Below are positions 17,514-31,790 of a stretch of DNA of 64,000 nt, piece after piece. A program made the translations under genes and the position numbers. Source of the DNA: the human T2T-CHM13v2.0 reference genome, Homo sapiens; assembly GCF_009914755.1 (NCBI RefSeq), contig NC_060925.1; one strand, written 5' to 3'. The notes beneath the pieces were generated by a model, which made no database searches, was not told the origin of the DNA, and saw only the letters and a list, made by a program, of their open reading frames with translations. Position 1 is the stretch's first letter, and each line of letters starts with the position of its first letter.

Positions 17514-18495
17514 CTTGCTAGGTTGGGGAAGTTCTCCTGGATAATATCCTGAAGAGAGATTTCCAGCTTGGTTCCATTCTCCCTGTCACTTTCAGGTACA
17601 CCAGTCAAACGTAGATGTGGTCTTTTCACATAGTCCCAAATTTCTTGGAGGCTTTGTTCATTTCTTTTCATTCTTTTTTCTCTAATTTTGTCTTCTTGCT
17701 TTATTTCATTAAGTCGATCTTCAATCTCTGATATCCTTTCTTCCACTTGATCGATTTGGCTACTGATACTTGTATATGCTCCACAAAGTTCTCGTGCTAT
17801 GTTTTTCAGCTCTATCAGGTCATTTATGTTCTTGTCTAAACTTGTTATTCTAGTTAGCAATTCATTGAACCTTTTTTCAAGGTTCTTAGCTTCCTTGCAT
17901 TGGGTTAGAACATGCTCCTTTAGCTTGGAGGAGTTTGTTATTACCCACCTTCTGAAGCCTACTTCTGTCAATTTGTCAAACTCATTCTCCATCCAGTTTT
18001 GTTCCCTTGCTGGCGAGGAGTTGTGATCCTTTGGAGGAGAAGAGGCATTCCGGGTTTTGGAATTTTCAGCCTTTTTTTTTTGCTGGTTTCTCCCCATCTT
18101 CATGGATTTATCTACCTTTGGTCTCTAATGTTGGTGACCTTCAGATGGGGTCTCTGAGTGGACGTCCTTTTTGTTGATGTTGATGCTATTCCTTTCTGTT
18201 TGTTAGTTTTCCTTCTAACAGTCAGGCCCCTCTGCTGCAAGTCTGCTGGAGTTTGCTGAGGTCCACTCCAGACCTGGTTTGCCTGGGTATCACCAGCGGA
18301 GGCTGCAGAACAGCAAAGATTGCTGCCTGTTCCTTCCTCTGGAAGGTTTGTCCCAGAAGGGCACCCACCAGATGCCAGCCAGAGCTCTCCGGTATGAGGT
18401 GTCTGTTGGCCCCTACTGGGAGGTGTCTCCTAGTCAGGATACACAGGGGTCAGGGACCCACTTGAGGAGGTAGTCTAACCCTTATCAGAGCTCGA
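17514..18495 (-). mobile_element. Inverted 5' part of an L1PA7-like element (part of the 5'UTR plus ORF1 N-terminal ~195 codons)
   Basis: ORF 17465..18103 (-) reads MGRNQ...MENEFDKLTEVGFRRWVITN...EIWDYVKRP...IIQENFPNLA, i.e. L1 ORF1p. Antisense 5'UTR continues to about 18495. Confidence 0.92.
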
Positions 18496-20608
<2,113 letters not shown>

Positions 20609-22098
20609 AAAGCTAACTGATACAAGTACCAGACCAGACAGTGTCCGTTTGGAAGATGGGGATGTGTCTTATTCAGTCTTTGTATCTCCTTTCCCTTTAA
20701 ACCCTGTAACCATTCAATATGTATTTGTTGAACTGGGTAGAAATGGCCCCTTGAAAAGGCTGCAATTAAACCCCTTTTTCTCAAGGCTACTCAAGTCAAT
20801 CAGGAGGGAAACAGCACACCAAGGATTCCATTTCCTCATTTTTATAAAATGGGCTTCAAAATACCTACCTTGTCATGCTGTTGTGGTTGTTAAAGATCCT
20901 GTGTGCTTTAGAGATGTCCTTGATACATAATAGACGGTGGCTCAAGCAGAAACAAGCTTATGGAAAGGCTTTAGAACTCATCAGGATGCAGGATATTGTA
21001 TATTTTTTTTCTATCAAAGTGGTCACCATGTGTTCAGCCTAAGAGGACTCCAGTTTCAAGTCATCAGCTTTCTCTGTTGTAGAAGTAAGGTTGGTTCCTT
21101 CACGCTCCATCAGACATCCATGTGCCATTCTAACAGTGCCTCGTCAGAGGACTTGCGGCGCCCTCTGTGAAAGACGGGGAGGGCTCCTGAGCGGGACTCA
21201 GGAATGTGGGTTGCTACTCTGGATTCTGCCACCGCCCATTTCCTTGCTTGTGAAATAAAGTGTGGATGACTGCACGCTCTCTAAGAATCCTTTCAACTCT
21301 AGGAATCCACGGGCTTCAGTTACCACCAGTGTCATCTAAGCGTGAGGGACTGCACTGCTCACAGGATCCCTGAGCCATAAGACAATTGACATTTTTAGAA
21401 GTGGAAAAGAAAAGGTTTTCTGTATTTGTCTAAAGTAGAAAGGCAGAAGAACAGGCCAAAGAATTAGGAAATAATAAAGAGGAAAAAGCAAGCAAGCAAG
21501 TCTGATTTGAGCTGGGATGCGAGAACCTTGCTTGCTGCAGGATAATGGAGCTTTACACCGTGCATACCACACTCACACACTCACATGCTGAACCACACAT
21601 CTGGCTAATTACAGAAAAAATTTCAAGGAAAAAAAAAAGACATACACAAGGAGTTATAAAATGCTGATGAGAAAGGTTTACACAAAGAGCTGTGAGACAT
21701 TCGAAAAACTGGTTTTTGGCATTAAGACTTCCTATCCTTTTCTAGTAATATCTAAAATGGCTTCTTCCTAGCATTTAGGATAAAACTTCTTGTGTTGGAG
21801 AAGTATTTGGAAGTAAATAACAAACACAAACATCATTTATCACAAAGAGCAAAAGATGACATCTCAAAATTCTGCTTCTTGCCAAAATGGACATTAAGTT
21901 TTTGCTTGGAAGCAAATGTGAAAATAGTGACTTTTATCTAATTATCCCTACATATATCCAAAGAGAAAGTTATAACTTATTTGTCATGCTTTTAATATGA
22001 TTTTCTGTCTTGAATGTTGGTATTTTAAACATTAAAATCGCCAATGAGTAAGCAAATAAGACAATTACCAGATGGCATCCTCAACCAAATGTTTTGAA

Positions 22099-22104
22099 TT
22101 TATT
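22099..22104 (-). terminator. Distal polyadenylation signal AATAAA of SMYD3
   Basis: tttatt on + at 22099-22104, with a U/GU-rich element about 30-60 nt downstream on the minus strand. Confidence 0.8.
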
Positions 22105-22159
22105 ATAATCGTGCTTCTCTACAACTAATGATTCTTGTGGTTTGCAAACCATGTCTGCC

Positions 22160-22165
22160 TTTATT
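22160..22165 (-). terminator. Proximal candidate polyadenylation signal AATAAA
   Basis: tttatt on + at 22160-22165, 61 nt upstream (transcript sense) of the distal signal. Confidence 0.5.
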
Positions 22166-22293
22166 TACCTACACAAACACGGAACAGAATTTCCAATAGG
22201 AGAGGTTCACACAGCTAACAAAGCATAGAGTGTGTGACCTCAATAAGGCATTCAACAAAGACACACGCCGTATTTCCCTCTGACTGCGTTCCC

Positions 22294-22395
22294 TTAGGAT
22301 GCTCTGATGTTGGCGTCGCATTCTTCTAAAAGTAGAATCAAATCTTCAATCAGGCTGTGTTCTCTGCCATGTGTCACTCTCATAATATCAAAAGC
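22294..22395 (-). CDS. SMYD3: SMYD3 last coding exon (exon 12) with stop codon
   Basis: Minus strand: polypyrimidine tract tctcttccgtcctttctctttag|GCT TTT GAT... gives AFDIMRVTHGREHSLIEDLILLLEECDANIRAS-TAA (stop 22294-22296), the known SMYD3 C-terminus. Too short to appear in the ORF track. Confidence 0.96.
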   Translation of the reverse strand, partial: AFDIMRVTHGREHSLIEDLILLLEECDANIRAS

Positions 22396-22924
22396 CTAAA
22401 GAGAAAGGACGGAAGAGAGATTAGACCCCAAAATAGGTGAGCTCAGGCCATTCCCCACCTTTACCCCATGATGCCAGGGGCCTGGTGAACCCCACAGGTT
22501 TACAGGGTGAACAGTCTTTAACAGGCTTACAGCACTGTGGTTCTCCCAGCTGGAAAGTCACATGAAAAGGGTGATTTCTGAATGTGGTATTTGGAAAGCA
22601 GACTCACTATTCGAGTCATGCTGGGGCCCAGTGACAATCGATGATCTTCAAAGACTGTCAGTGCACAGGTTTGGTGGGTAGTCACAGGGATAAGAAGAGT
22701 TACCAAAATGATTGAGTCATATGAAAGACCATGCTGCTACCACCTTAAAATTTTTCTTTATTGCACACTCCATTCAATTCTCATCTATATGCACCAGGAT
22801 TATTATATACATGTATTCTCACATTTTTTTTCATATCATATTATAGCACTGGCATTTCAACAGTCCTCTCCTTCACTGCTCATATTTGGTCCATTATTAA
22901 ATCTTGTCAACTCTTATCTTCAAA

Positions 22925-23372
22925 ATATTTCTGAAATCTGTGTGGGCTTATGAGTACTTCAATAATAGAGTATAATAGAAGTAAAGCAACTGACTTGTGA
23001 GACTAGGTCAAAAAGGCCTCTGTGTTGTTTACTGGTCAGTATGTTTGCTCCCAGAACCAAGAGACTCCATGCTGCAAGGAAGCCCAAGCCACATAGAGGG
23101 AGGCCGTGTACAGGCACTCTGGCTGGCAGTCTTAGCCAAGCTCATCTTTCAAGTCATTCTAGACAAGGCACCAGACATGTACATAAATAAACCTTCAGAC
23201 GATTCCAGCACCCAGCTGAAGACTGCCAGATCTGTCTTCCCAGATGAAACACCAGACATTGTAGAAAAGAAGAAAGCCATTCTTATGCTGTGTGCCAATT
23301 CCTGACACACAGCATTTGTGCAATAATTTTGCCGTTGTTTACTCCATTCAGTTTTGGGATGGTTATGGAACA
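22925..23372 (+). mobile_element. MLT1 MaLR LTR fragment
   Basis: MLT1 motifs (gagactaggtcaaaaaggc, gaagcccaagccacatagagggaggccgtgta, ttttgggatggttatg). Confidence 0.7.
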
Positions 23373-23589
23373 ACAAACAACCAGAGTATCCTTGAAAATA
23401 TTTTTGTAATAAATAAGAGATAAGCAATATTATCCTGCCCTGCCCAAATGGGGGGGTGGGGTGGGGTGGGGTGGACTGGGGAGAAGGGAGGGACACCAGA
23501 ACCACTGCATTTGATGTAAATGTGCCCAGGAGACTTGTAAAGATATGACTCTGGTGGCTGTTATGCACCCAAAGTACCTGGAAGTGGCA

Positions 23590-23750
23590 CTGAGGCTCTC
23601 AGCCTTAGCTACACAGCAGGATCAACCAGGGAGCTTCAAAAGAGACACCGAGGGCCAGACCCTGCACATCAACAGCTGAAGCCTGCTCTCCAGGAATGAG
23701 GCCTAGGCCCCAGGAGATTCCAACATGTTCTCAAGGTTGAAAACAACTGA
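23590..23750. mobile_element. MER5-like hAT-Charlie fragment
   Basis: Ends resembling MER5 (ctctcagccttagctacac...caaggttgaaaacaactg). Confidence 0.5.
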
Positions 23751-24250
23751 TAGAGCAAACTCTCAACAAATAACATCAACTACTCATGATTCAGTGTTAA
23801 TTTATAGCCAGAAGAATTACCATTTTAATTGTTGTATATAATGAATGCCATCATGCTTATAAACCATTATTTACTAAGCTACTCCTGGAAATTTAGATCA
23901 CCTCCAATTGTTTATTAGGATATGATGCAGACCTTCCAGAATAGATTTTTTGCCTTTCTTGGATATTTAAGAGCAATTGCTAGGGGTGGAATTCTTGAGC
24001 ATGAACATCTTGAAAACCACAGAGATTTCAGACCTTGGTGGTCATGTGGTGAGACGCCTGCATTTTGCAATTCTGCATGCAGGAAAACTTTCCATTCTAC
24101 GTTGGAAAAACGCTGAAGCTTCGAGAAACAAAGCATTTCAGGGGGATGGGTAATTTCAACCTCTGTTTCTGGCTTCTTTTTTCACCTCTTGAATGTTCCC
24201 TTTAGGCTGGAAGGAAAACAGGCAGACAGAGGGGGTCTAGATTTGCTGCT

Positions 24251-24255
24251 GAGAG

Positions 24256-24290
<35 letters not shown>

Positions 24291-24372
24291 GAGACAGAGA
24301 GAAAGAGAAAGAGAGAGAGAGAGAAAGAGAGAGAGAGAAAGAGAGAGAGAAAAAGAGAGAGAGAGAGAAAGG
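24251..24372. repeat. GA-rich polypurine microsatellite
   Basis: About 120 bp of (GA)n/GAAA variants. Confidence 0.97.
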
Positions 24373-26272
24373 GCCAGCGCCTCAGACCCTGGCCTCTCAG
24401 CCTGGAAGACAGCTCTGCTCTGAGTCCAGTTGTGACCCCGCACTGGCAGTCTGGCCCCTCACCCTGTGACACTCCAGCTGCAAAGCCCAGAAGGTGGCTG
24501 GAGCTGAGATGCTGGCGGTGGGAATTGACTTCCTATTCATGCGAGCAAGTCTGCTCTGTGGGTGCACAGCATCTGCCAGCAAATCCCTAGGCAGGGGGCT
24601 GTCCGGAGTGCAGGGGAGGAGTTGGGACCAGCCCCCACCTTGCAAGCAGCCCAGCTCTATGAGATTCCCCTGGGCAGAAGATTAAAAACAAATGTTTGAT
24701 GGCATTCATGGAGCACATGCCTCGTGTTTTATTCTCTTTTCTCCACACTGCCCTGGATCCTCCGCTGCTCTGGACATCTTGAGGTCTGAGGCAGAGACCT
24801 GTGTGACAGCACGATTGCGGAAAGAGAAGGTTTCTCAGATCAGAGAGCCTTCATGGGAAATTTTCTTACTTGAAAGCACTCTTAGATGTTCTCTTCCCTT
24901 TTACTCAACAAAGAGCCAGAGTGCTTGTGATCTGGCAAAGGAAGATGAATGGGGCAGAATCACTGCCTGGAAAGATCTTTGCAGAGAGGGACGTAACCCT
25001 CCGTCCTGAAAAAGGCCAGACCTAACCTGCTCGGCCTCGCCTCCCTCCCTGCCCTCACAGAGGCCCTCGGCTGGGTGAGGGCCTGGCCTTGTTGCTCAGA
25101 ATTTCCAGACCAGCCTCTTTTTTGCCCTCCTGGTTACATTCCCCAGGTTCCCCATCTGAAGAATGATCTGTGCTTCTCTCTGACTTGACTCAGAGGCTAA
25201 ATGACAAAGCCATCTTCTTGTCACTTCAACAACATAAGTTCACTGGCATGCTTTGAACATACTACAGGCTCCAGGCTTCCTTCCTCGCTCTTTTCTTCCA
25301 GTTCCAGTGGTGAGTTTCACTTTCTCCTCTTTTGCAGCTTTAAGAGTAAGGTCTACTCCCCACTGATCCAGTATATTCCTGTTCATGGAAGGGGCAGACC
25401 TGCCCATCCCACAGTACGGTAACTACTTCCAGTTCTTCAGCCATTCTGGAATTAGAGCCACAGCCAGGAAGGGGGAGTTTCCTGGCCTTCCTCCAGCTTC
25501 ACATCCACACCTCACAGCCTGCTTCCTTGAGGAAAGACCAGAAGGATCATCTAGTCCAATACCCTCATGTTATGGAAGGAAGTGCTTCCTGAGGTCACCT
25601 GGCTTGAGAGTTAGACTAAGGATGACCTCTCGGCTCTCAGGACTCAACCCAGTGTGTCCATTCCATGACTGCATTGTGCAGCCTCCCCGTATGAACAGAC
25701 TGCAGTGACCAAGGAGAGGAGCAGAGGCTCTCCTGGACATGGCTGCAGAGATACCCTGAGGGGACACAGGTGCCTTCCTTGTCAAGATGCTGCTGGTCAT
25801 GTTCTGTGTTCTCTTACTTGATGCTGAATGCATCACCAGTAGCAAAGGGGAACAGGGGCAACCCTCAGGAATGTGTGTGTAGAGTCTGAGATACTAAGTT
25901 TAGAGGATCTCGTCCATAGGGTGGCTAGAAACAGAGAGGAAATGGGTATGGGTAGGGGCAGAGAACTAATCTGAAGCAACTGAAAAAAAAAAAAAAGAAA
26001 CTACATCATCTGTCTAGAAAGTAAAACGCCATATAGATTTGATTAATTCACAAGCAAACATACTTTTCTCTGAAAGATGGGCAGATGTAGATGAGAAAGG
26101 GAGAGAAAAACGAGAAGAAAGAAGTAGGATTCAGTAATGTGCAAAATATGTTAGTGACTGTGTGTGCGGATGTGTGCGTGGATGAATGGTGTGACACAGG
26201 TCAGCAGGAAGCTGCAATTCACACCTGGTGATGAGGACATCTGGTCCTTGTCTTGAACATCACCTGGGCCTA

Positions 26273-26426
26273 TGGGTGAGCTGGGGCAGACAGTCCTCAA
26301 CAATGTACGGAGAGGGCCCTGTGTGGCCCTGGGCACAGCCCTTCAGCACTGGGTGAGCTGGGGCAGACAGTCCTCAACGATGTACGGAGAGGGCCCTGTG
26401 TGGCCCTGGGCACAGCCCTTCAGTAC
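26273..26426. repeat. 77-bp tandem duplication (2 copies, 2 mismatches)
   Basis: tgggtgagctggggcagacagtcctcaac...cccttcag(c/t)ac starts at 26273 and again at 26350. Confidence 0.95.
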
Positions 26427-27944
26427 AGCAGGAAGATGAGGAGGGCTTCCCCTCACATTACCATCCCCCAAAAAAGTTACAATAAATTTCTGACAAACGA
26501 GAGCAATTGTTTCAAGTAGCTCTGTGTCTCCCTTCTCCTACCACTCCCATCTGTCACCCATGCGCATGTCAGAGAGGACAATTCTGGTTTAATTTCCTGC
26601 AGTAGCATATAAAACAGATTAAGGAAATATAAAATTGGAGCAGGCTGGTGTTGGGAAAAGCTTATCTCTTTCCATTAAATTTTATTTTTTTTAATGGTAG
26701 CATTTAAAAAGAGCCTGCACATAATCTTTCACAGAGCACTCATTTGAAGCCTCCAAGGAGGGTGCCTGCTACACCCACATCCAGACTCGAAATGTCACAT
26801 GAGAAAAGCAGCATAGCTTGTCTGCCACATTACAGGCATACAGTTAACTCAGTAATAGAGAAAGGGTCCCCAGAATTGATTTCAATCTCATCTGTTTTTT
26901 TAAGTAATTTTAGAATTGTGGTCATATATTAAATAAAATGAATTTAAATCAAATCATAAAGTTGGAAACAATATACCTCTCCTATTAATTTTAATATGAA
27001 TATATTAAGCTTATCAAGGATCTCAAACAGTTTCTACCATGAGCTTGAGGAATCTAGTAAGTGACTTCCCAAGTATGATTTAAATATGGATATAAAATCA
27101 GAGGGAAAAGAAATGTATGCATGATAAGAACCCCTGGAATCAAATCACGACGGGAAAAAATAAAGCAGGTTTTCTTATTCTGCCCAACTCAGAATGAAAG
27201 AAAAGCAGAGGGTGGGGCACAGGGAGGAGGAAGCTGGTCTGGGGCATTCAAAGGAGGAAATGCAAGAAGCAAGAGGTACAACACATTAAGCAGCTCTGGA
27301 GGCACAAAAAGCCCTTTGCAAGGACAGCAGAGAATCCCAAAGACTTTGATGATCCACCTCAGCTCAGCAGCACCCCTGGAGACCCCACTCCACTCTACAT
27401 CTTGGATAACTTCAAGTGTGTATTCCGCTGGAGGAATATGTCCTTTTGGGAGGCAGAATTTCCTTAGAGATAACATCTACCCATTCATTCACTCAATACT
27501 GTCTGAGCAGCTTTAATGAATAAAACTTGGCCCTTGCCCTGGGAGAAGCTCTGGCATAGTCAGAGGGACAGAATGTAAATACCAGATCATTGCAGTGGAA
27601 CAGTGTGTGTTCAACAGAGATGCAAAGTGCTGGGGCGCCCAGAGGAAGGAGGAACCAGGTGGCCCCACGGCACCCTCAGGAGGGGTTACAGATGTGGTGA
27701 GCTCAGGTCTGTGCTTTCCAGTGGTAGTAGCCATTCCAGAAAAAGCATGGCTGTTGTATCACTGTTTAATCAATCAATCAGTACATATTAATTGAACTCT
27801 GAGAGACTCTGAAGAAGTTATGTTTCCTCAGCTAAATAATGAGACTGGACAATATAAATTCTAAGGGCAACCCAAGTCCCAATGTGTTGTACAATGTGCC
27901 ATGCCAGACACAGCTACAAGGCGTGGATTTGGTTTTGTTTCCAA

Positions 27945-30900
27945 ATATTGTTACTGATTTCTAATTTAATTCCATTGTGGTCAGATAATTTACTTTGTAT
28001 TAACTTGAATCTTTTTATGTTTATTGATATCTGTTTTGTGGCATAAAATGGTCTCTTTTGGTATTATAGTTACTTAAAAATGTGCATTCTGTTATTGCTG
28101 GGTGAAGTGTTTTCTAAATGTCAGGTCCCATTGGTTGATGGTGTTATGGAATTATTTTGTATCCCTCCTCAGTTTCTGTCTAGTTGTTCTACCAACTGTT
28201 GACAGAGGAGGTCTGATGTTCCCAGCTGTGCTTGTCTATTTGCTCATTTCTCCTTTCAGTTCTATCAGTTTTTGTTTCTCATGTTTTGCAACTGTGTTGT
28301 TTGGTGCATACATATTTAGTACTACTATGTCTTTTTGGTAGACTGACCTTTTTTTCATTATACAATGTCCCTCTCTGTCTCTCATAACATTTTCTTTGCT
28401 CTGAAGTCTACTTTACTTAATATTGATATAGCTACTCCAGCTTTCTTTTGATTGTGTTTTTATAATGTATCTTTTTCCATCATTTTGCTTTCAACCTATT
28501 TGTATCATTCTATTTAAAAAGAATTCTTACAGACAACATATGCTTGAGTCATTTGTTAAAAATCTGTTCTACTAATCTCTGTCTTTTAATTGGTATATTT
28601 AGGCAATTTACATCTTTTACATAGACTACTGACATAATTTACAATGTTATTATTAATACATCAGGGCTTAAATCTGCCATTTAATTTTTTGTTTTCTGTT
28701 TGCTCTCTTTTTCTTTCTTTTTCCTGCCTTTCTGTGGGTTAAACTTTTTTTTAGAATTTCATTCTCTAGTGCTTTTGAGTGTATTACTTTATATAGTTTT
28801 GTGGTTGCTCCACGTCTTATTATTTATATATATTTTATATATATATACACACACATATATATGTATATATAACTTGTATATAATATACATGTGTATGCAT
28901 ATTATATATGTATATATACAGATATATATGTATATAACTTATCATACTTTACTAGTGTCATCATTTTACCCATTGAACTCAAGTGTAGAAACCTTCCCTT
29001 TACATTTTACCCTCCCCCACTCCCCCATTTGTAATACAATTGCCCTAAATATTTCTACTACATACATTTAGAATCATATCAGATAGTGTTATAATTTTTG
29101 CTTCAACTATCAAACAATCTAGAAAACTCAAGGGGAGAAGGAAAGATCATTTTACTTACCCACACTTTTGCTGACCATATTCTTTCTTCTTTCCTGATGT
29201 TCCAAGAGCTTTCTTTTATCATTTTCTTTCTGTTTAGAGAACTTCTTTAGCCATTCTTTTACAGTAAGTCTGCTAGCGATAAGTTCTTTTAGTTTTCCTT
29301 CATCTGAAAATGTCTTGATTTCTTCTTCATTCCTGAAGGATATTCTTGCTGGACAACATACATTCTAAGGGCAACCCAAGCTTTGGGTTAACAGTTCTTT
29401 TCTTTCAGTACTTGAAAAAAATATGCTACTTTCATCTGGCTTCTGTGGTTTCTGATGAGAAAATCACTGTCATTCAAATTGTTTTTCCTGTACAGGTAAG
29501 TTGTCATTTTTCTCTTGCTGCTTTTAGGACTTTTTTTTTTTTTGTCTTTAGTTTTCAGAAGTTTGAGTATGATCCACAGTCTTGGTGTGAACTGCTTTCG
29601 GTTTATACTGTTCGGGGTTTGCTTAGCTTCTTAAATCTACAGGTTTATGTCGCCTGCCAAATTTGCAAAGTTTTCCACTATTAATTCTTTTTTTAAAAAC
29701 AATATGGTAAAGTACACAAAACACTAATAGTTACCATTTTAACTATTTTTAACTCTTGAGTAGCATTAAGTACATTCACATTGTTGTGCAACCATTACTA
29801 CTATCCATATAGCCATAACTTTTGCATCATCTTGTACTGAAACTGTGTACCCATTAAACAATAGCTTCCCATCCCCTCCTCCCTTCACACTCTGGTAACC
29901 ACTGTTCTACTTCTGTCTCTAGGTATTTCACTATTCTAGGTACCTCATATAAGTGGAATAATATGATATTTGTTCTTCTCTGTCAGGCTTATTTCACTTT
30001 GCATAATGCCTTCAAGGTTCATTTATGTGTAGCATGTGTCACAATTTTATTCCTTTTTAAGGCTGAATAATATTCCCTTGTATGTATATATCCCATTCTA
30101 TGGGTTGCTTTTTATTTTGTTGATGGTATCCTTTGATGCCCAAAAGTGTTTAATTTTGGTGAAGTCCAATTTGTTTATATTTTCTTTTGTTGCCTGTAGC
30201 TTTGGTGCCATATCCAAGAAATCATCACTATGCCCAATGTCATGAGGCTTTTTCCTTAATGTGTTCTTCTAAGAGTCTAGTAGAAGCTTTTGCTCATATG
30301 TTTAGGTCTTTGATCCATTTTGAGTTACTTTATATGGTGTTAAGAAAGGGTCTAACTTTATTCTTTTGCATGTGGATATGCAGCTTCCCCAACACTATTT
30401 GTTGAAGAGACTGTCATTTTTCCATTGAGTGGTCTTGGCATCCATGTTGAAAATCATTTGATCATATATGCGAGGGTTTATTTCTGGGCTCTCTATTCTA
30501 TTCCATTGGTCTATATGTCCATCTATTCCAGTATCACCCTGTTTTGACTACTGTAGCTTTCTCGTAAATTTTAAAATCAAGAACTGTGAGTTCTCCATAT
30601 TTCTTCTTCTTTTTCAAGACTGCTTTTGGCTATTTGGGATTCCTTGAGGTTCCATATATATTTCAAGATGTATTTTTCTACTTCTTCCCCAAAAAAGCCA
30701 TTGGGATTTTGATAGAGATTGCATTGAATCTGAAGATTATTTTGGGTAATATTGACATCTTAATAATACTAAGTCTTCGAACCTATGAACATGAGATGTC
30801 ATTCTCCTTATTTATGCCTTCTTCATGGAGAATAACTTATTCAGTTATTCTCAGATAATAACTTACTTGGTTTTGTGTTATTGCAAATAGCATTATTCTC

Positions 30901-31790
30901 TTAATTTTGTTTTTGAATTGTTCATTTTTAGCGTTTAGAAATACAACTGATTTTTGTGTGTTGATCTGTATCCTGCTACCTTGCTTAATTCACTTATTAG
31001 TTCTAACATTTTTTGGTGTGTGTGTGTAATCTTCAGAGCTTTCTCCATATGAGATCATGTCATCTGTATATAGAGATAATTTTATTTCTTCCTTTCCAAT
31101 TTGGATGCCTCCACCATTATTTCTTCAAGCACTTTTTCCACCTCACCCTCTTTTTCTTTTCTTTCTGGGACTCCAATGTTAGATCTTTTGTTACTGATTC
31201 ATAGGTCCCCTGAGGCACTGTTCAATTTTACTTTTTCTTCAGTATTTTTTTCTGTTTTTCAGCTTGGGCAGTTTCAATTGTCTTATCTTCACATTCACCA
31301 ATTCATTCCTCTGTTTCCTCCATTCTGTTGTGGAGCTCCCTTCTGTTTATTTTGATTATTATATTTATCAGTTGTTAAATTTCTATTTGTGTCTTCTTTA
31401 CGGCTTCTACTTCTTAACTGAGATTTTCTATTTTTTCCATTTATTTTGAGGGTGTTTGTAATTCCTTGATGAAGCATTTTTATCATGGCTGCTTTAAAAT
31501 CTGTCAGACTATTCTAACATCTCTGTTATCTTGGAATTGGCATCTACTGATTGCTTTTATTTTCATTAAGATTGAGATATTCCTGGTTCTTGGCATAGTG
31601 AGTGATTTTTAACTGAAGCACAAACATTTTGAGTATTCTGTTATGAGACTCTGAATTTTACCTCAACCTGCTTTAGCCGGCTTTCTCTGACATCACTCCA
31701 GCAAGAGAATGAAGTGATGACACCCTGTTACTGCCAGGCGGGAGTACAAGTTCAGGTTCCCTATCTGGCTCCTTGTTACTACTGAACTCA
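27945..31790 (-). mobile_element. Cluster of old antisense L1M fragments, including a nested L1MB-like piece at about 29690-31100
   Basis: T-rich antisense L1 motifs (tctaatttaattccattgtggtcaga, ttgttgaagagactgtc, gggattttgatagagattgcattgaatctg); (TA/CA)n at about 28830-28935. Confidence 0.8.

Larger units (their letters stand above)
22075..22293 (-). other. SMYD3: SMYD3 3'UTR (about 220 nt; cleavage site approximate)
   Basis: Unique sequence between the TAA and the distal AATAAA, followed on the minus strand by a U/GU-rich stretch (tggtaattgtcttatttgcttac). Confidence 0.85.

Noticed and set aside
21150-21172. Possible CTCF site (gcgccctctgtg) just past the SMYD3 3' end
   Set aside because: Only the core half of the motif matches; cannot be supported without ChIP data.
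24182-24645. RE-rich and SL-rich ORFs (133 aa etc.)
   Set aside because: Translation of the (GA)n microsatellite.
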